DNA of 64,000 nucleotides. Origin: Chlorokybus atmophyticus. Its lineage: Eukaryota; Plantae; Mesostigma and Chlorokybus algae. Below the pieces are notes generated by a model that was given only the letters and a program-made list of their open reading frames with translations, did no database searches and was not told the origin of the DNA. The stretch is from contig RHPI01002568.1 of the NCBI GenBank assembly GCA_009103225.1, positions 199,742-263,741 on the forward strand, written 5' to 3'. Positions within the stretch are counted from its first letter, which is position 1. Every line of letters starts with the position of its first letter. A program made the translations under genes and the position numbers. Below are positions 1 through 12,477 of the stretch, piece after piece.

Positions 1-819
1 GAACACCGTGACTACTTATACAAGTCAAATCATGACTGTTAACAAAAAAAGGTAACGGTCATATCATATCAAGGCTATTTTCACAGCAATCGCCGCTTGA
101 TACAGAATACAACTCGTAACTGAACTCACAAATGAACAGCTACGCATGGTGCCTATGTAGGCTATAGTCGTGAGCTACTCTGGAGTTATACCTAACTACT
201 GGTCAGTGACTCGCGCGTGCTGGTATGCTGATAGGCCGGGCAATGGTTTTGATGTACATGCCCGATGAAGGCTGGTATGCGTGGGCACTAGGCATGACAT
301 CCTGCATGTCGCTCACTGCTCATGTAAGTTATTACGTGTAAAATATCAAGAATTGTATCTTGTTGCTGGACGAAGTCTTATAAAAAGTGTAATTATAGTT
401 GCTTTTTGCCTATCCTAAACCTATTTGGCAGAAGTTGACGCCCAAGCCACTTTTACAAAAGTGTCCCCTCGGATTGTGCGACACGCCTAGTGCACTAGTG
501 TGCGGGGTGACACAGACAGTGGACAGACTGAGAGCACATACACTCTAGTCGTAGCCACTGAACAGATGTATGAGTGGGTCTCCAGTTCGCAGTGAGATAC
601 CACTCCCCCACGCTGGGCTCATCCTTAGTACAGTCAAGGAAGGACTTCAGTGACCGTTCCAGTTGGCTGGGCTCCGACCTCTCTTTCAGCCGACGCCTGA
701 GCTACGACACAAAGGACGGAGGCAGCAGTTAAAACTCCCGTCCATTGTCATCTCACAGCTCACGCCATTCCACCCCTCGTCATCGTCTTCGAGCTTAAGC
801 AGCAGTCGACCTCGACGAC

Positions 820-2070
820 ATGGAGTCCATCGGCAATACACATGCTCTGTACTTCTCTGGCCGTCCTGGCACCACCGCCTTTGAAGACTTTATGAAGCTC
901 GACGCCAAGACGTGCTACCAAGCCTGCAAACCCAGCAGCGGTTGGTCAAGCTTAACGTCTTTCCGTGTGTTTTTCAGTTCTTGGAGCACGAGGCACAGCA
1001 AGTGTCCGTTGCCATTCTGCACCGCATTGCTGGCTTCGGGGGAAACTGCCCTTGCTCCAGTTACACCCTCTGCGGCCCCTACGCCAGCCTTTCAAGCTGC
1101 TTCGCTGCCTGCTCCCTTACTGGTCGACTCTGCGGCTACCGCCGAGACCGAGGCCGCAGCAGCCATACGTATGGTGGTGCGTGGCGACATAAGCGACAAA
1201 GAGTTCGCGGCCGCACAAGACGACCGTCTGCGAGAGGTGGACCTGCGCATGGCCAGACTGCTCCGGCAAAGCATGCGCACTGCTGAAGCGGCTTCCGAAG
1301 CCGCTGCTGAGGTGGCCGCCGCACGACAAGCTGCTATTGAATCCACTTCTGGAGCAGCCTCGCAAGGTACCTACCACGAGCTTGCAGCCAGCTCCATCTC
1401 AGTAGGGTCGGCTATCGGGCTACCATCCTTCTCGGTCCCCGTGACACGCTGTGACTCTCCACTGCAGGACTTGTACGCAGCATTGCGACGTACCTTTCCC
1501 GCGCAGACCAGCCACAAGGTTGAAGAACTGAGGCGTTTTCGACGTTAGGCTGGTGAGGACCCACTGCGCATGTATACACGCCTTGCTCAGCTGCTGCGAG
1601 ACACCAGTGGTCGTATCATTAGCGACGAGGCCGCTGCTGTGGTGTACATCCATCAGCTAGAACCCTCGCTGGGCGACACTGTCAGTCTAACATTGGGCAA
1701 CTCCCGACCTTGGGGCTACTCATTGGTACAGACCGCCTGTACCAATGACTGGCTTTTTAAGTGGCCTCTTCACTCCATAAGAGGCGTGTGTGAGAGAAGG
1801 CAGTGCTGGACATGAACACCTCCAGCTCACGCACACCGGCCCTGGCACCAGAGACTAGCCAACGAGACCGTTCTCGCAACACGCTCAGTCCGTCCAAAGG
1901 TGTTGCCAAGCATGCCCACGCCGCTCTTTCAGCTCCCGTCTTGTGTCATTGCTGTGGCCGCCATAGTCACTATTAGAAGGAGTGTACAGAGGAGTACGCC
2001 AAGATGGTCTGCAACCATTACCATAAGACCGGACACGTGGAGGCAGTGTGCTATGCCAAGCACCCGGAGC
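820..2070 (+). pseudogene. gag: Retrotransposon gag-like remnant with degenerate CCHC zinc knuckle
   Basis: ORFs 820-1548 and 1570-1815 are in the same frame, separated by a TAG at 1546-1548, and match the retrotransposon capsid pattern LxxFRQxxGExxxxYxxRLxxL. Sequence 2010-2051 reads CNHYHKTGHVEAVC, i.e. CX2(C>Y)X4HX4C. Confidence 0.7.
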
Positions 2071-4719
2071 TGAGGCCCAACGGAGGTCTCAACAACAACC
2101 ACCACCACAATGACGGCAATGGCTACCGAGGGAAGAACAGGCCGCCGCAACCATAACAAAACAAAACCGGGGGACAGCGCGCCACCGCAGCTGCACAGGC
2201 AGCTCCAGTAGCGCCACCAGCTGAAGTGGCAGCCCTTGCTGCACAAGTTTATGAGCTGCAGCAAAAGCTTCAAGAGCGTGAGGACAACTACCACCCTTGC
2301 TACACCGTACGGTGGGCATCCATGGGTGTGAAGCGCAAGCAGTCGCCTCCTTTGCCATCACGCAGACAGCCGGCACGGGGGGGGGGGGNNNNNNNNNNNN
2401 NNNNNNNNNNNNNNNNNNNNNNNNNNNNNNNNNNNNNNNNNNNNNNNNNNNNNNNNNNNNNNNNNNNNNNNNNNNNNNNNNNNNNNNNNNNNNNNNNNNN
2501 NNNNNNNNNNNNNNNNNNNNNNNNNNNNNNNNNNNNNNNNNNNGGGGGGGGGGGGGACGCGCCCGACAAGGAGGCTGCGGAAGCAACTGCCGCACAGCAA
2601 GTTGCCACCGCAGCGGCAGCACAACAGGCCGTCGAAGATGCGGCAATTGTACAGCTGAGGAAGCGGCTAGGGCAGCACAGGCCTTGCTCCCCACGGCAGT
2701 TCTTGTCAGTCCTGCCCTGCCAGCCTCACCCGCTAGGACACCGCCTTCCACACCACCCGAGGAGGCAACCCAACAGTCTACCGCTGCTGGTCCAGCAGTG
2801 GAAGTACTAGTGGCTAACCTGGATGAGCTGGCCGCAATATCAGCCCCCATCCCCACCACTGGTGGTGCGACTGCTGGTCCCAGCACCACGGGGCCCTCGA
2901 CAACACTGGAGCCTTGGCATCCGACGCCGAAACTCCTGCTACGAGCCTTGCATATTGCAGGCGCCGCGGCAGCAGAGGAAGATGTGGAGTCCCCGCATGA
3001 GCTTTCAACTCCGGGCCAAGCGACTCTCAGCCTCAGCGGGTATGACGCTGCTGTCGTTGTAGGCGCTACGGCATCAGCTGCTGGCACCATTGCTGGCACT
3101 ACTGTTGCCACCACTGCTTGCACCGCTGCTACCGCTGCAGCCACCACAGCTGCCACGATAGAGGCCACTGCGCCACCTGCTGCAGCTGGCGTCACCAGCA
3201 TTCCTTCAGCACCCTCCACGGCTGCCGCCGGCCCATCAGTCCCAGGAGGCCACGCCCTCGATGCTGTCTCCACACCCGCAGCCGCGCCTTCTCACATAGT
3301 GCCAGGCTTCCGCACGACGGCCCCGATGTTGGAGCCCCCGCACCTGTCACCACAGTTCGCGCCGGCACAGCGGACAGATGAAAGGGAGATTGTGGAGAAC
3401 AATGTGTTAGCAGGAGACGGACCCGCCGTAGAGCACCGCGGCTTTGGGTACGCCTTTCAGCACAACGACCGCACGCTGAACCGTGACGCACGTTTGCTGT
3501 TCTGGCATCTCTAGCAACGGAACTAGACCGCGCCATATGTGTATCCACACGTGCCGTCCACTTAGACCCCGTTACCGCTGCCACCATTGGAAAACTACCC
3601 TGCAGCTCGGCGAGTGGCCAACCGCCCGCTGCACAATGACGGCTACCTTTTGGCGATCGCGACAGCCCGATTGGGTGCGACGACTGCACGCAGTACAACA
3701 CGTAGGACGTTGGGTGCGACAAGGATACTTGGCCCATCATGCGCAGGCACCACCATGGATTGACACTGGAGCAAGGAATCGACCACTTCATTGTCGATAG
3801 CCAAACTCCTGAGCCGACGAGCGGCGGCTACATCACCCTCAACGGCTTCCACCATTGCCACTGTCAAGGGCTCTATGGAGAGCAGGAGCTTGAGGCACAC
3901 CTGTTGCTGCAACTCACACGGACAGCAGGCATACCCACCGCCTTGCGCAATCTGTTGGGGTGTGACGCCATTAACAGAGCGCAAACTCAATTGCTATTGT
4001 GGTTGGTGAACACCCATCCCGCTGTGTCAGCCTTCAACAGTTGAAGAGAGTGGCCGAGCGCGTTCTTGCGGTCAGTCATGCAAGCGTTCAGAGAAGCAGG
4101 CGGAAAGAACCTGCGCACCATGGCAGCTGCTCAAGCTGCCATCACCACCTTGCCCGGCAGGGAAGCAACATGGCAACGCGACCGAGTCGCAAACTTCTAC
4201 ATGCATTGCCGCCATCAGCAGGCCAATGAGACTGCATCGCGCTCGTGCCATGACCATCCTCGACATGGGCATCGTCGGTGGCATCTGAACACACCAACCA
4301 TCAGCGACGCGGTGCGCACTCGACTGGTACACGCCATCTTTTTTATGCCCATGCCCCGCTGTGAGATTTGGCATGATGACGACGACAACGGGCACCCCAT
4401 TGCGGCATGGGAAACAACCCTCGTGCATGAAGCAGCTCACGCAGTGCGCTCAGCACTCGATGAGGAAACCGTCTACCAACCAGCCCATGGCTCCACCTCC
4501 TAGCCCCGAAGCATCCCCTGGCGCAGGCTTTTCAGGAGGTACAGCAGGAGACCCCGCGGTAGAGGGCAGCGGGACTGACCTCGCAGAGCAACGCAGTGGC
4601 ATGATGGCACAGCATCCTAGCAACTCCTCGTTGGACACGCCAGCTGAACACACTCCACGCCGCACCATCAACCGGACCAGCGTCACACCCAACACTATCA
4701 TTTTGGAGAACTAGGCAAG

Positions 4720-5040
4720 CACGTCCTGATCAACGGCAAGGCGCCCAAGCGTGCTGCTTGACACTTGCGCCCAGCCTATCTTTATTGGCAAGTACATGGC
4801 ACGCGCACTCAACATCTCCGCTGCCGACCTGGACCCATGCCCGTGCACACTCAACACTGTGCTGGACACAGCGCAAAAGGTGCTCGGTATGATTAAAAAG
4901 CCATCCCCATTAAGCTAGTAGGCCTCAATCCCGCACACACTACCGACTGCGCAGTTAAGTGTGTGATGTCGGACTCCCGCAACTAGGAGTTGATCTTGGG
5001 GCAAGAATGGTCGTTCGTGGTGGGCATCGACATCAGGACT
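4720..5040 (+). pseudogene. Retroviral-type aspartic protease remnant
   Basis: HVLING followed by a frameshift, then VLLDTCAQPIFIGK (4751 onward; degenerate LLDTGA catalytic motif), and ILGQEW near 4993 matching the C-terminal ILG motif. Confidence 0.7.
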
Positions 5041-5399
5041 GAACAAGTCTGGTTCCATCCACATCGGCGCACTAGCAACAGCGAGCGCGGGGAGCTACCA
5101 GTCAACCTCCTGGTGAAAACACACTCCCACCAACGCTCGGCAGCTGTGGCCATGATTGCTCATCCTTCCCCACCTGCTGCCATCAGTGTCCCCACACGCG
5201 ACACGACGAAAACGGCATTGCACAACTCGACCGAGCGGCGCAACAATGCCATCATCAATGCGCACGTGCTGCTTCGTCACAAACCGGTGGTCACACGGTC
5301 CACGCCTTACCAGCATGCTGCTGATGTGGCTGATCACTTCCGCGTGGCACCAGGAGTTGTGGAGTTCCACACATTCAAACGCCGACAAGGCATCACCAT

Positions 5400-6310
5400 A
5401 TGGTGGAACTGTTTGGAGGTGTAAGAAGTGGGCTGGCAGCCATACTCAACACCGGTGTGACTGTCAACCACTACTACTACTGCGACTTGGACCCCACATC
5501 TCAAACCGCGGTCCAACACCACCTGCGCGAGCTGCAAGCACGCTATCCAAAGCAATTGCCAACCTCAGCACTGCATGGCAGCCTGCAAGCATTGCCGCAG
5601 GACATCCGGCTCATCTGCGAAGACCACTTGCTTGCGCTGGGCAGTGTAGATCTGCTCGTGGCAGGGTGGGAATGTCAGGGGCACTCACGCGCGGGCACCA
5701 GCCAAGGCCTATAAGATCCTCGCTCCAACATGTTTTGGGAACTACTGCGCGTCATCATCATCTTGCAGCGCCACCAAATCTCTAGGCCCTTGGCGTATGT
5801 CATTGGGAACTTTCACTCGAAAGACGACAGACGCGTTTCAGTTCGGCACAACTATCGTGTCATCTGCTCACTCCTTGAGCACCCTGTCAAGGTAAACACT
5901 GCTAGGCATGGTTCACGTGCACATTGCATCCGTGCAAAGTGGATAAACCTCGCTGCTGTGGAATTAATGGTCGCTGAACACTTCATTAGCACACGTGCCC
6001 CCAACTTGCTGGTTGACGACATCTTAGACCCTGGGCGTACTGCGCAGCCCGTCACCCGTCGCGACCACTCGCACTTCTTTCAGTGCAATACCCCTGGCCA
6101 ACCTCGCCAGGCCCTACCAACACTGATCGCATACCCGCGGGCCGGCTCGTACGCTTTTCGCAATGGATGCGACGGCATGGTGCTGGACATCACCACTGGC
6201 AAGCTGAAGAACCTAATGCTCGAGAGCGCGAATGCGCTATGGATTTTTTTGCTGGCAGCGTTACAGGTGCCGGACTGACTGAGCGGCAACAAGGGGAGGC
6301 CAGTGCTGGC
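5400..6310 (+). pseudogene. C5 cytosine DNA methyltransferase domain carried by the retroelement (inactivated)
   Basis: Motif I VELFGG; motif IV DLLVAGWECQGHSRAG with the catalytic Cys codon at 5673-5675; GL*DPRSNMFWELLRV with a stop at 5712-5714; motif VI-like YVIGNF (ENV degenerate); motif VIII-like SRAHCIRAKWINL; frameshift near 6200 into EPNARERECAM. Confidence 0.85.
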
Positions 6311-7685
6311 AGTCGGCTGCCACGCGGCCCGCCGACATAAGGACTGCGTCCTAATTGATGGGGCTTTTGAGCTAATAGGTTGAACACGGGTTCATCGATG
6401 TCAACAGGGCAACATTGGTGTGCTATGGGGTGCGAGAGGAAAGTGCGTGTCGAGGGTCACCACCGTGACAATACCTCATGTATGCGCAATACCACATTTG
6501 TATAATAATTAGATGTGACTGTCCAATTCAGCATTGCGTCGGCATTGGTTAAAGTAGATTATGATCTTGCATCTAGGACACAGACACTATCTCTTATTGA
6601 GATGTTTACACACAAAAAGCAAGCCTATAATGTAATGAACTAATGTAAGCATATCTTGTGCGTGAAGATTGAACCATGCACATTGTTACAAAGTACGATC
6701 AAATTCATGCATACTGAGCCTAATAACAGCCTTGTTACAAATTGTCAGCATTCTCCCTTAAATGTTTTAATGGCGAATTGGTTGAACTTAAGCCCCTTGC
6801 TTGGTGCCTCGAAGGGAGCCTGGCAGCCCCTCCACACGGGTCGTGTGACAGTGACACGACCTGGCCTGGGCAATGTGCTGATTTGACAGGAGGCGGGGTC
6901 AGCTTCACGCGGCCCGCCCCTTCAGCGGCGGCGGCGGCGGCGGGCTTGCTGATGAGCCGCCTGCTCGGCTTACAAGTGCTGCTTGAGCATGGACAAGCAA
7001 TCTGCTCAACCGCCAGCAGAAGCTTGCAAAGATGGTGCTAAGCCGTCAGACCTGGCCTGACTCCGCCAGGCTGCTTGCCGGCCTCCTCCATGCTGCCGAC
7101 CAAGTCGCACATGTACAGGCAGGCGAGGTGGTTGCCAGCTCAGGTGGTCGGATTGCACAAGGCTACCTTTTGCTGACTTGGACGTAGCTGCTGGCTGTCA
7201 ACTGTCCCCTTTTTTGGCCAAGGTGATTGTGCCGGACTAGTCAGTGAAATGCTTCTGACTAAGCAGTTTTGCTTCCGGAGTGTGTGCTGAAGCAGCGGAC
7301 ATGTGGCTTTACATGCAGTTTATGTGGGAATGCTCTCGGCCTCAGTGCTTGGTGGTTGCTTGTGGCAGTCAGCTTTATACTTGGCAAACTGGACTCTGGC
7401 ACTTAATTTGACATTAGTTGCTTGCGTGAGGTTGACACTTGCTAGTGCGAGCGCAAACGCGTGTTACTCAGCTGTTTATATGCCAGTGTTAGCTGCACCT
7501 CACAAGTGCAAGCTTGCAAGCTGGCCATACAACGGCTTCTGCAATATGCAGGTGCTTGCGTCAGGCTGCTGCAGACAGAGCTGTCAATTTCAGCAATTCT
7601 TTGCGGGCTTCAAAAACTTCGTGTAAGTAGGGCAAGCAAGGACAACCACCAGCATCGGTTTGAGTTTGTCACGACTTCGGACATC

Positions 7686-9486
7686 ATGGCGGATGCTGCC
7701 TTCGCGATAGCCTTCATGGCGATCGACTTGCTCGTGGAGTTGGCAAAGCAGGTCAGCAAATCTGTTCTTGAATTCTTGCTGATCAGTAGGAATTCACTTA
7801 TAGCGCTAACTGTTCTCACAATTGCTGGCCAGCTTACCCATCCATGAACTTCTTGTGGCGAGTAGCGGCTAGAAGTTGTGCTAAGCGGCATGGGCGACCT
7901 TGCGTGTCTTTAAGAGGATATCGTCTGCGTGACCAGCAGGATTCAAGCCCAGTCTCAAAGCACAGACACAGAGCATGGGGCTTGACTACTTGACAAAGGT
8001 CGTTGCCATAATTGATCAGGTGGCCTCCACCCACAGCACTAACAATGCGAGGGCGCATGCTGCCGAGTTGGGGCCGTTGTTGGGCTTCAATTGTCCTATA
8101 TCGCTGGAGATCATGAAGGACCCGGTAATCATTACAGAATCCGGTCAAACATGTGATCGTACGAGTGCACAGAGATGGTTCGCTGATGGCCATACCACGT
8201 GCCCAATCACAGGTTAGTGTTCTAGAGTGCAGCGGTATACCAGCAGCGAGCAAGTGGCCGTGGTGTTGTGCTACTGAGCACGACGAATTGTATACACATA
8301 ATGCCAACCGGTACTCGCTGTTGCATGTGTAAAACTATCATCAACCCAGCTTACTCTAAATTACGCGCTGCGGGGTGCTGTGGAGGATTGGTTGCACCGT
8401 CAAAGCACAATCACGTCACTGGCAACCTCCCCAACAACAGCCGGTGCAAGCGTCTCAGCGCGCCTGCATGGGATTGTGCTGCAAAGCAGTAGGGACGCTC
8501 ACAAGCTCTGTGCGCTCTTGCAGTCGGGCATGTTCGTGTTCGTTCAAGCAGCAGCCCTGGCCGCCTTGCGCCGCATGGCAGTGAACGGGCAACATGCTGC
8601 TGTTGCTGAAGCTGGTGCAGTTGCCAAGTTAGTTAGACTTTAGCACGATGGTACGTCGATCTGCAAGGCGGGAGCAGCAAACGTTCTGGGCACCTTGGCC
8701 CGGTCGGGCTCCGCTTTGAACAGGAATATCACCATGACGGGAGCCGTGGCCCCTCTGGTGGCGCTGCTGAGTACGGGCACACCAGAAGGCCAGCAGTACG
8801 CAGCTTTGGCTCTCTCCGAGCTTGCTTTTTATTCTAGGAACGCGCAGGGTTAGGGTTAGCCGCAATGCCGGAGCTATCGGGCCAGTGGTCACGCTGCTCA
8901 CATGGCCCACACGCCAGCGCTCAAGTGGGCTGCTATGAGCGCAATTGCGCAGTTGATTCGTCATGACGCTTATGCTGCTGTGGCCAGTGTCGAGGCTGGG
9001 GCGGTTGTGCCGCTAGTGGTACTTCTTCGTGACGAGAATTTAGATTGCCAGGACTTGGCAGCGGGTGTCTTAAATGAACTTGCGTGTCACATTGAAGACG
9101 CAAGGGTGGCCATTGCGCTGGCTGGTGTCATTCCTGCCCTCGTGGAGATGCTGAGCGCGAGCATGCCAACATGCCAGCAGCGCACTGCTGAGACCGTTGC
9201 CAGCATGGCGCATGCGAGTACCAAGAACAGGTTGGCAATCAGCCGCGCTGGAGCTGTCAGGCCATTGGTGGCGCTACTTGGTGTATTAAGCACACCAGAA
9301 TGCACGTTGGCGGCCGCAAGAGCACTTTGTTATCTTGCCTACAAGAACAAACGTATTACGGCGGCAATCATTGCGGCTGAGGCCGTTGCACCGCTGAACG
9401 CGCTTTGGGTTGCATGTGCACATGCATATGGTGAACCACTATGTCAAGCACCCGCGGCAAGTGCGCTCCCTCGTCTCGCGCAGTGA
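7686..9486 (+). pseudogene. PUB-A: U-box/ARM paralog pseudogene with exons 2-3 deleted
   Basis: Exon 1 at 7686-7751 (MADAAFAIAFMAIDLLVELAKQ|gt). Intron 1 joins mid-exon 4 near 7863. U-box [14 protein letters not shown]...TCPITG ends at about 8212. The exon 5 acceptor is CAT instead of CAG (8324-8326). About 7 ARM units with frameshifts and stops. Confidence 0.9.
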
Positions 9487-9709
9487 TGTTGTCGAGAGTT
9501 GTCAACTCCATGCCAACGAACCTTTGCATCCACATTGTGCTGAGCAAGAGCATGCAGCAGTGTCAGCCATTGACGCTGCAGTTTTGAGCTTACAACATAT
9601 GAATACCATGGTGATGACACGCAAAGAGCCAGCATCAAGCGAGAGAGAAGCGCACAAAGAGCGCTCAGTACACGGCTGATGAGCTTAGGCAGCCAAGCAT
9701 TGTGATTAG

Positions 9710-10240
9710 TGTGGAACCTGGCTTTAACCGACTAAGCCACAGTAGCAAAATCGCTACTGTGGCTTGATGAGAGGCTGTGTAATGTTTATAAACGGCTGAA
9801 TATGCTCTCGTAGCATACTCAATTATTAACAAGCACCACATTCAACCCGGCTTTAACCGTGAACTACCTGAACAGCCGTACGTAAACTGACAGGGCTAAC
9901 TCACGTCCGGTCATAACCTGCCTCTAGCCGGTCATCGCATAGTTATCCGCGGCGACTTGCCACGTTGCCACGCGCAGGAGCGATTCTGCGCGCCGACTCA
10001 GTCAGCCGTAACCGGTCTTAATTCGGCCTTGGATCGTTTAAACCGCGGTCTCGTTCTACCCACTCGCGCGCAACTTTTTGCGCCCGGTGGGACTCGAACT
10101 CGAGACCTTTTAGCTCCGATAGCATTGTGGAACCTGGCTTTAATCGACTAAGCCACAGTAGCAGAATCGCTAGGCTGTGTAATGTTTGTAAACGGCTGCA
10201 TATGCTCTCTTAGCATACTCAGTTATTAACAAGCACCACA
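9710..10240. mobile_element. Miniature non-coding LTR element (TRIM-like), 531 bp, with 5-bp target-site duplication
   Basis: Direct repeats at 9710-9840 (131 bp) and 10126-10240 (115 bp, 16-bp deletion), both TGTGG...CCACA. ATTAG flanks both ends (9705-9709, 10241-10245). The homologous 3' flank of paralog F (about 46215-46250) lacks the insert. No ORF of note inside. Confidence 0.9.
10079..10162 (-). other. tRNA-like sequence (A-box/D-arm in the LTR, B-box/T-arm in the internal region); not an intact tRNA
   Basis: The minus strand reads GCTACTG-TGGCTTAGTCGATTAAAGC...CTATCGGAGCTAAAAGGTCTCGAGTTCGAGTCCCACCGGGCGCA. The D-stem GCTT/AAGC pairs and GTTCGAGTC is a B-box, but the acceptor and T stems do not pair fully. 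Confidence 0.65.
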
Positions 10241-12477
10241 ATTAGAGCGAGTTGTAACTGTTGTTGCAGACAGACACTGCCGCTAAGTGAAAGGTAATTG
10301 CTGGTGGCTTGGTAGCAGGAGGTGCGTAGGTCAGATGTTGTGTTATGTTATATTATGCAATGTATGCTATGTTATGCAATGTTATGTCATGCAATGCTGT
10401 GCATGTGACCCACAGTGTGCTAGTTTGTATGCAATCCGCTGCTGCTAGGCAACCAAAGAATATTGGCCGTGTATTTGTTTTTACTGAATGATACCGCATA
10501 TAACCGACTGCATACCGTAGATTGTCGTCTACTAGTAAAAGCCCGCATGGACAGGGTCACGCTGCCCGAGCGCGCAAACCCCCCCCGATTTGATCAATGG
10601 CGCTCCTCTTGTACCGGGTGGAGGCGCAGTCTGGTGTGCACGTGTGTGTATTCCTCATATGCATATATTGAAAGAGACCACATGCAATTGTACATGTGAA
10701 AATGCGCAGGTGTGTGTGTGTGTACAGTCTGACATAGCAAATTGTTGTGCGAGTGTAAGTTGCGAACGAACTTGCGGGCGCTACTTGCAAAGCACGCACA
10801 TATATGTGCGTGCTTTGCAAGTACCTCAACACGGTTTATACCGTGTTGAGGTGCGGGCGGCGCTGCGCTGGCATAACCCCTACACTTCTTACTTGGTCTT
10901 GCATCGCAAATAACGTTTCCCACACCGCCACCAGACATCCGTGCCTCTGACACTGCACTGCGGTTGGCACCGCATCTGTCAGTGGGTGTATGTGCACATC
11001 ATGTGCACATACACCCACGTCATACGTATATACATATGTTCGCATGCATGTATTAGTGTGCAAGGCGTATGTGAGCGCGCGTGTTGCGCACCGCTCTGAG
11101 TGTCTTCACCCTTACGCATACATATACAGGTGACCACTGTGGTCGCCTGTATCTGTGTCCAGTGTGGCGCCTCCACTACAACTCTAATCCGTTGTGTCAA
11201 CCGCGGCAATGCAGCTCTTTGTCACAGCCTTGTTGCAGTTTAGCAATGCTGAGCATCATGTCAAACTCACACTTCGCACACTGAACCGGAGTGTTATCCA
11301 GTTCAGACTCGGCACCTTGGCCACAAGCCGCCAGCAGACGTGTGGCAGAGGTAATGTTGCAGATGGGTATTGCCTCACTGTGCGGTCCTCAGCACAAGTT
11401 CTGAGCATCAGATACATAAGAATCACACAACCAAGCAACTGTTTCATTGAGTTATGCGGCAGAGACGGAGTGACACGATGTGTGTGGTGCGTGGGAATGC
11501 TTATCTACCAGTGCATAGCAGCCGCATATAACAGCACTCTGCCCGCATCATCTTGAAGGTTGCTGTGTGGGCGCAAAGGTCCAACGCCTTGGCACAAACG
11601 GCATGCGCATGCATGTTGGCCACTGGTGGTGACGACCGACAGCAGACGGATAGTTGTAAGCAGGCTTGGCACAATGGGTTGACAAGCACCATGTGTAGCG
11701 TATCACAAGCAACTCAGGCACTCCTTTTGCTCGACCACTGCCTGGATAATACTCTAGATTCGTCCACATGTGCATGCATAGCATGTGCAAAACCGGCGCA
11801 CTAAGGGAGTTGTCCATAGAGGCCCCATGCATACATCAATCGCGAGTCATCAAGTCATTGACCATCAGTGGCAGTCAACGCGCAATGTGGTACAGCTTTT
11901 CGTGAAAGTGGTGTCATGTCACGTCGTCGTCGACAACCATTGCATGCGTCACGCCAGCGTGCAGGTGAGCTGCGCTGAGCTCTATGGCGACTCTGTTCAA
12001 TTGTCACTCTGCTTCATGCAATGCAAAGCTTCCATGTGACGATGTTAACCAAAAGAGGTCATCTTGGCGCTCGACTGGGGCACCAAGGCGTGCACAAGCA
12101 CACGCACGCACACACATGGACCAACACAAACCCCTTCCCGCGTGTGCAGGACGGAGGGCGCGTACTGTTTCCTTGCTCGTTGCTGCGGCGCCTCCAACTG
12201 CTTCCCATTCAATGCGGAGGCTTCAATGAGGGTCGATTGATCAAGCAAGCGAAATGCGACAGCGCTACTCAGGTGGCGTTTGTACAGAAACTGCGGAGTA
12301 TAGATGTGTGTGCGCGGGGGGGGGGGAGCACCTTCAAGCTGCTCCAATAACATCAATGCGAGGCAAAGGAAAGACATTCTTTTTCGTGATGTTGTTGCGN
12401 GCCACTACTGCTATCACCACTGATAGATGGGCAATGATAATGGATAGTGGAGACGACTACCACTTCCAACTAAAGCG

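Larger units (their letters stand above)
820..6410 (+). mobile_element. Decayed Gypsy/Ty3-like LTR retrotransposon relic: gag - unknown region - aspartic protease - C5 DNA methyltransferase; RT/RNaseH/integrase largely missing
   Basis: Colinear + strand remnants: gag-like segment ELRRFRR*AGEDPLRMYTRLAQLL, zinc knuckle at 2010-2051, protease LLDTCAQ at 4754-4774, methyltransferase motifs at 5400-6310, and a short segment PADIRTAS*LMGLLS** (6328-6380) resembling the Gypsy RT C-terminal LGLxxYYRxF region. Many stops and frameshifts. No matching LTR pair or TSD found, so boundaries are approximate. Confidence 0.8.

Noticed and set aside
462-511. TGT...ACA segments at 462-511 and 6448-6470 as LTRs of the Gypsy-like relic
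   Set aside because: The two segments share no real similarity, and the flanks (AAAAG vs ATACC) do not form a target-site duplication.
10079-10162. Functional tRNA gene
   Set aside because: The acceptor stem 5' strand (GCTACTG) does not pair with the 3' strand (CGGGCGC), the T-stem is broken and the sequence is part of a mobile element. Kept only as a tRNA-like promoter relic.
10531-10575. Helitron 3' end in reverse orientation (ACTAGTAAAAGCCCGC...)
   Set aside because: A CTAG and a GC-rich patch are present, but there is no convincing subterminal hairpin and no identifiable 5' end.
10557-11209. His/Thr- or Cys/Val-rich short ORFs (HTHT, CVCV) here and in many introns
   Set aside because: Translation products of (CA)n/(GT)n-like intronic and intergenic microsatellite sequence.
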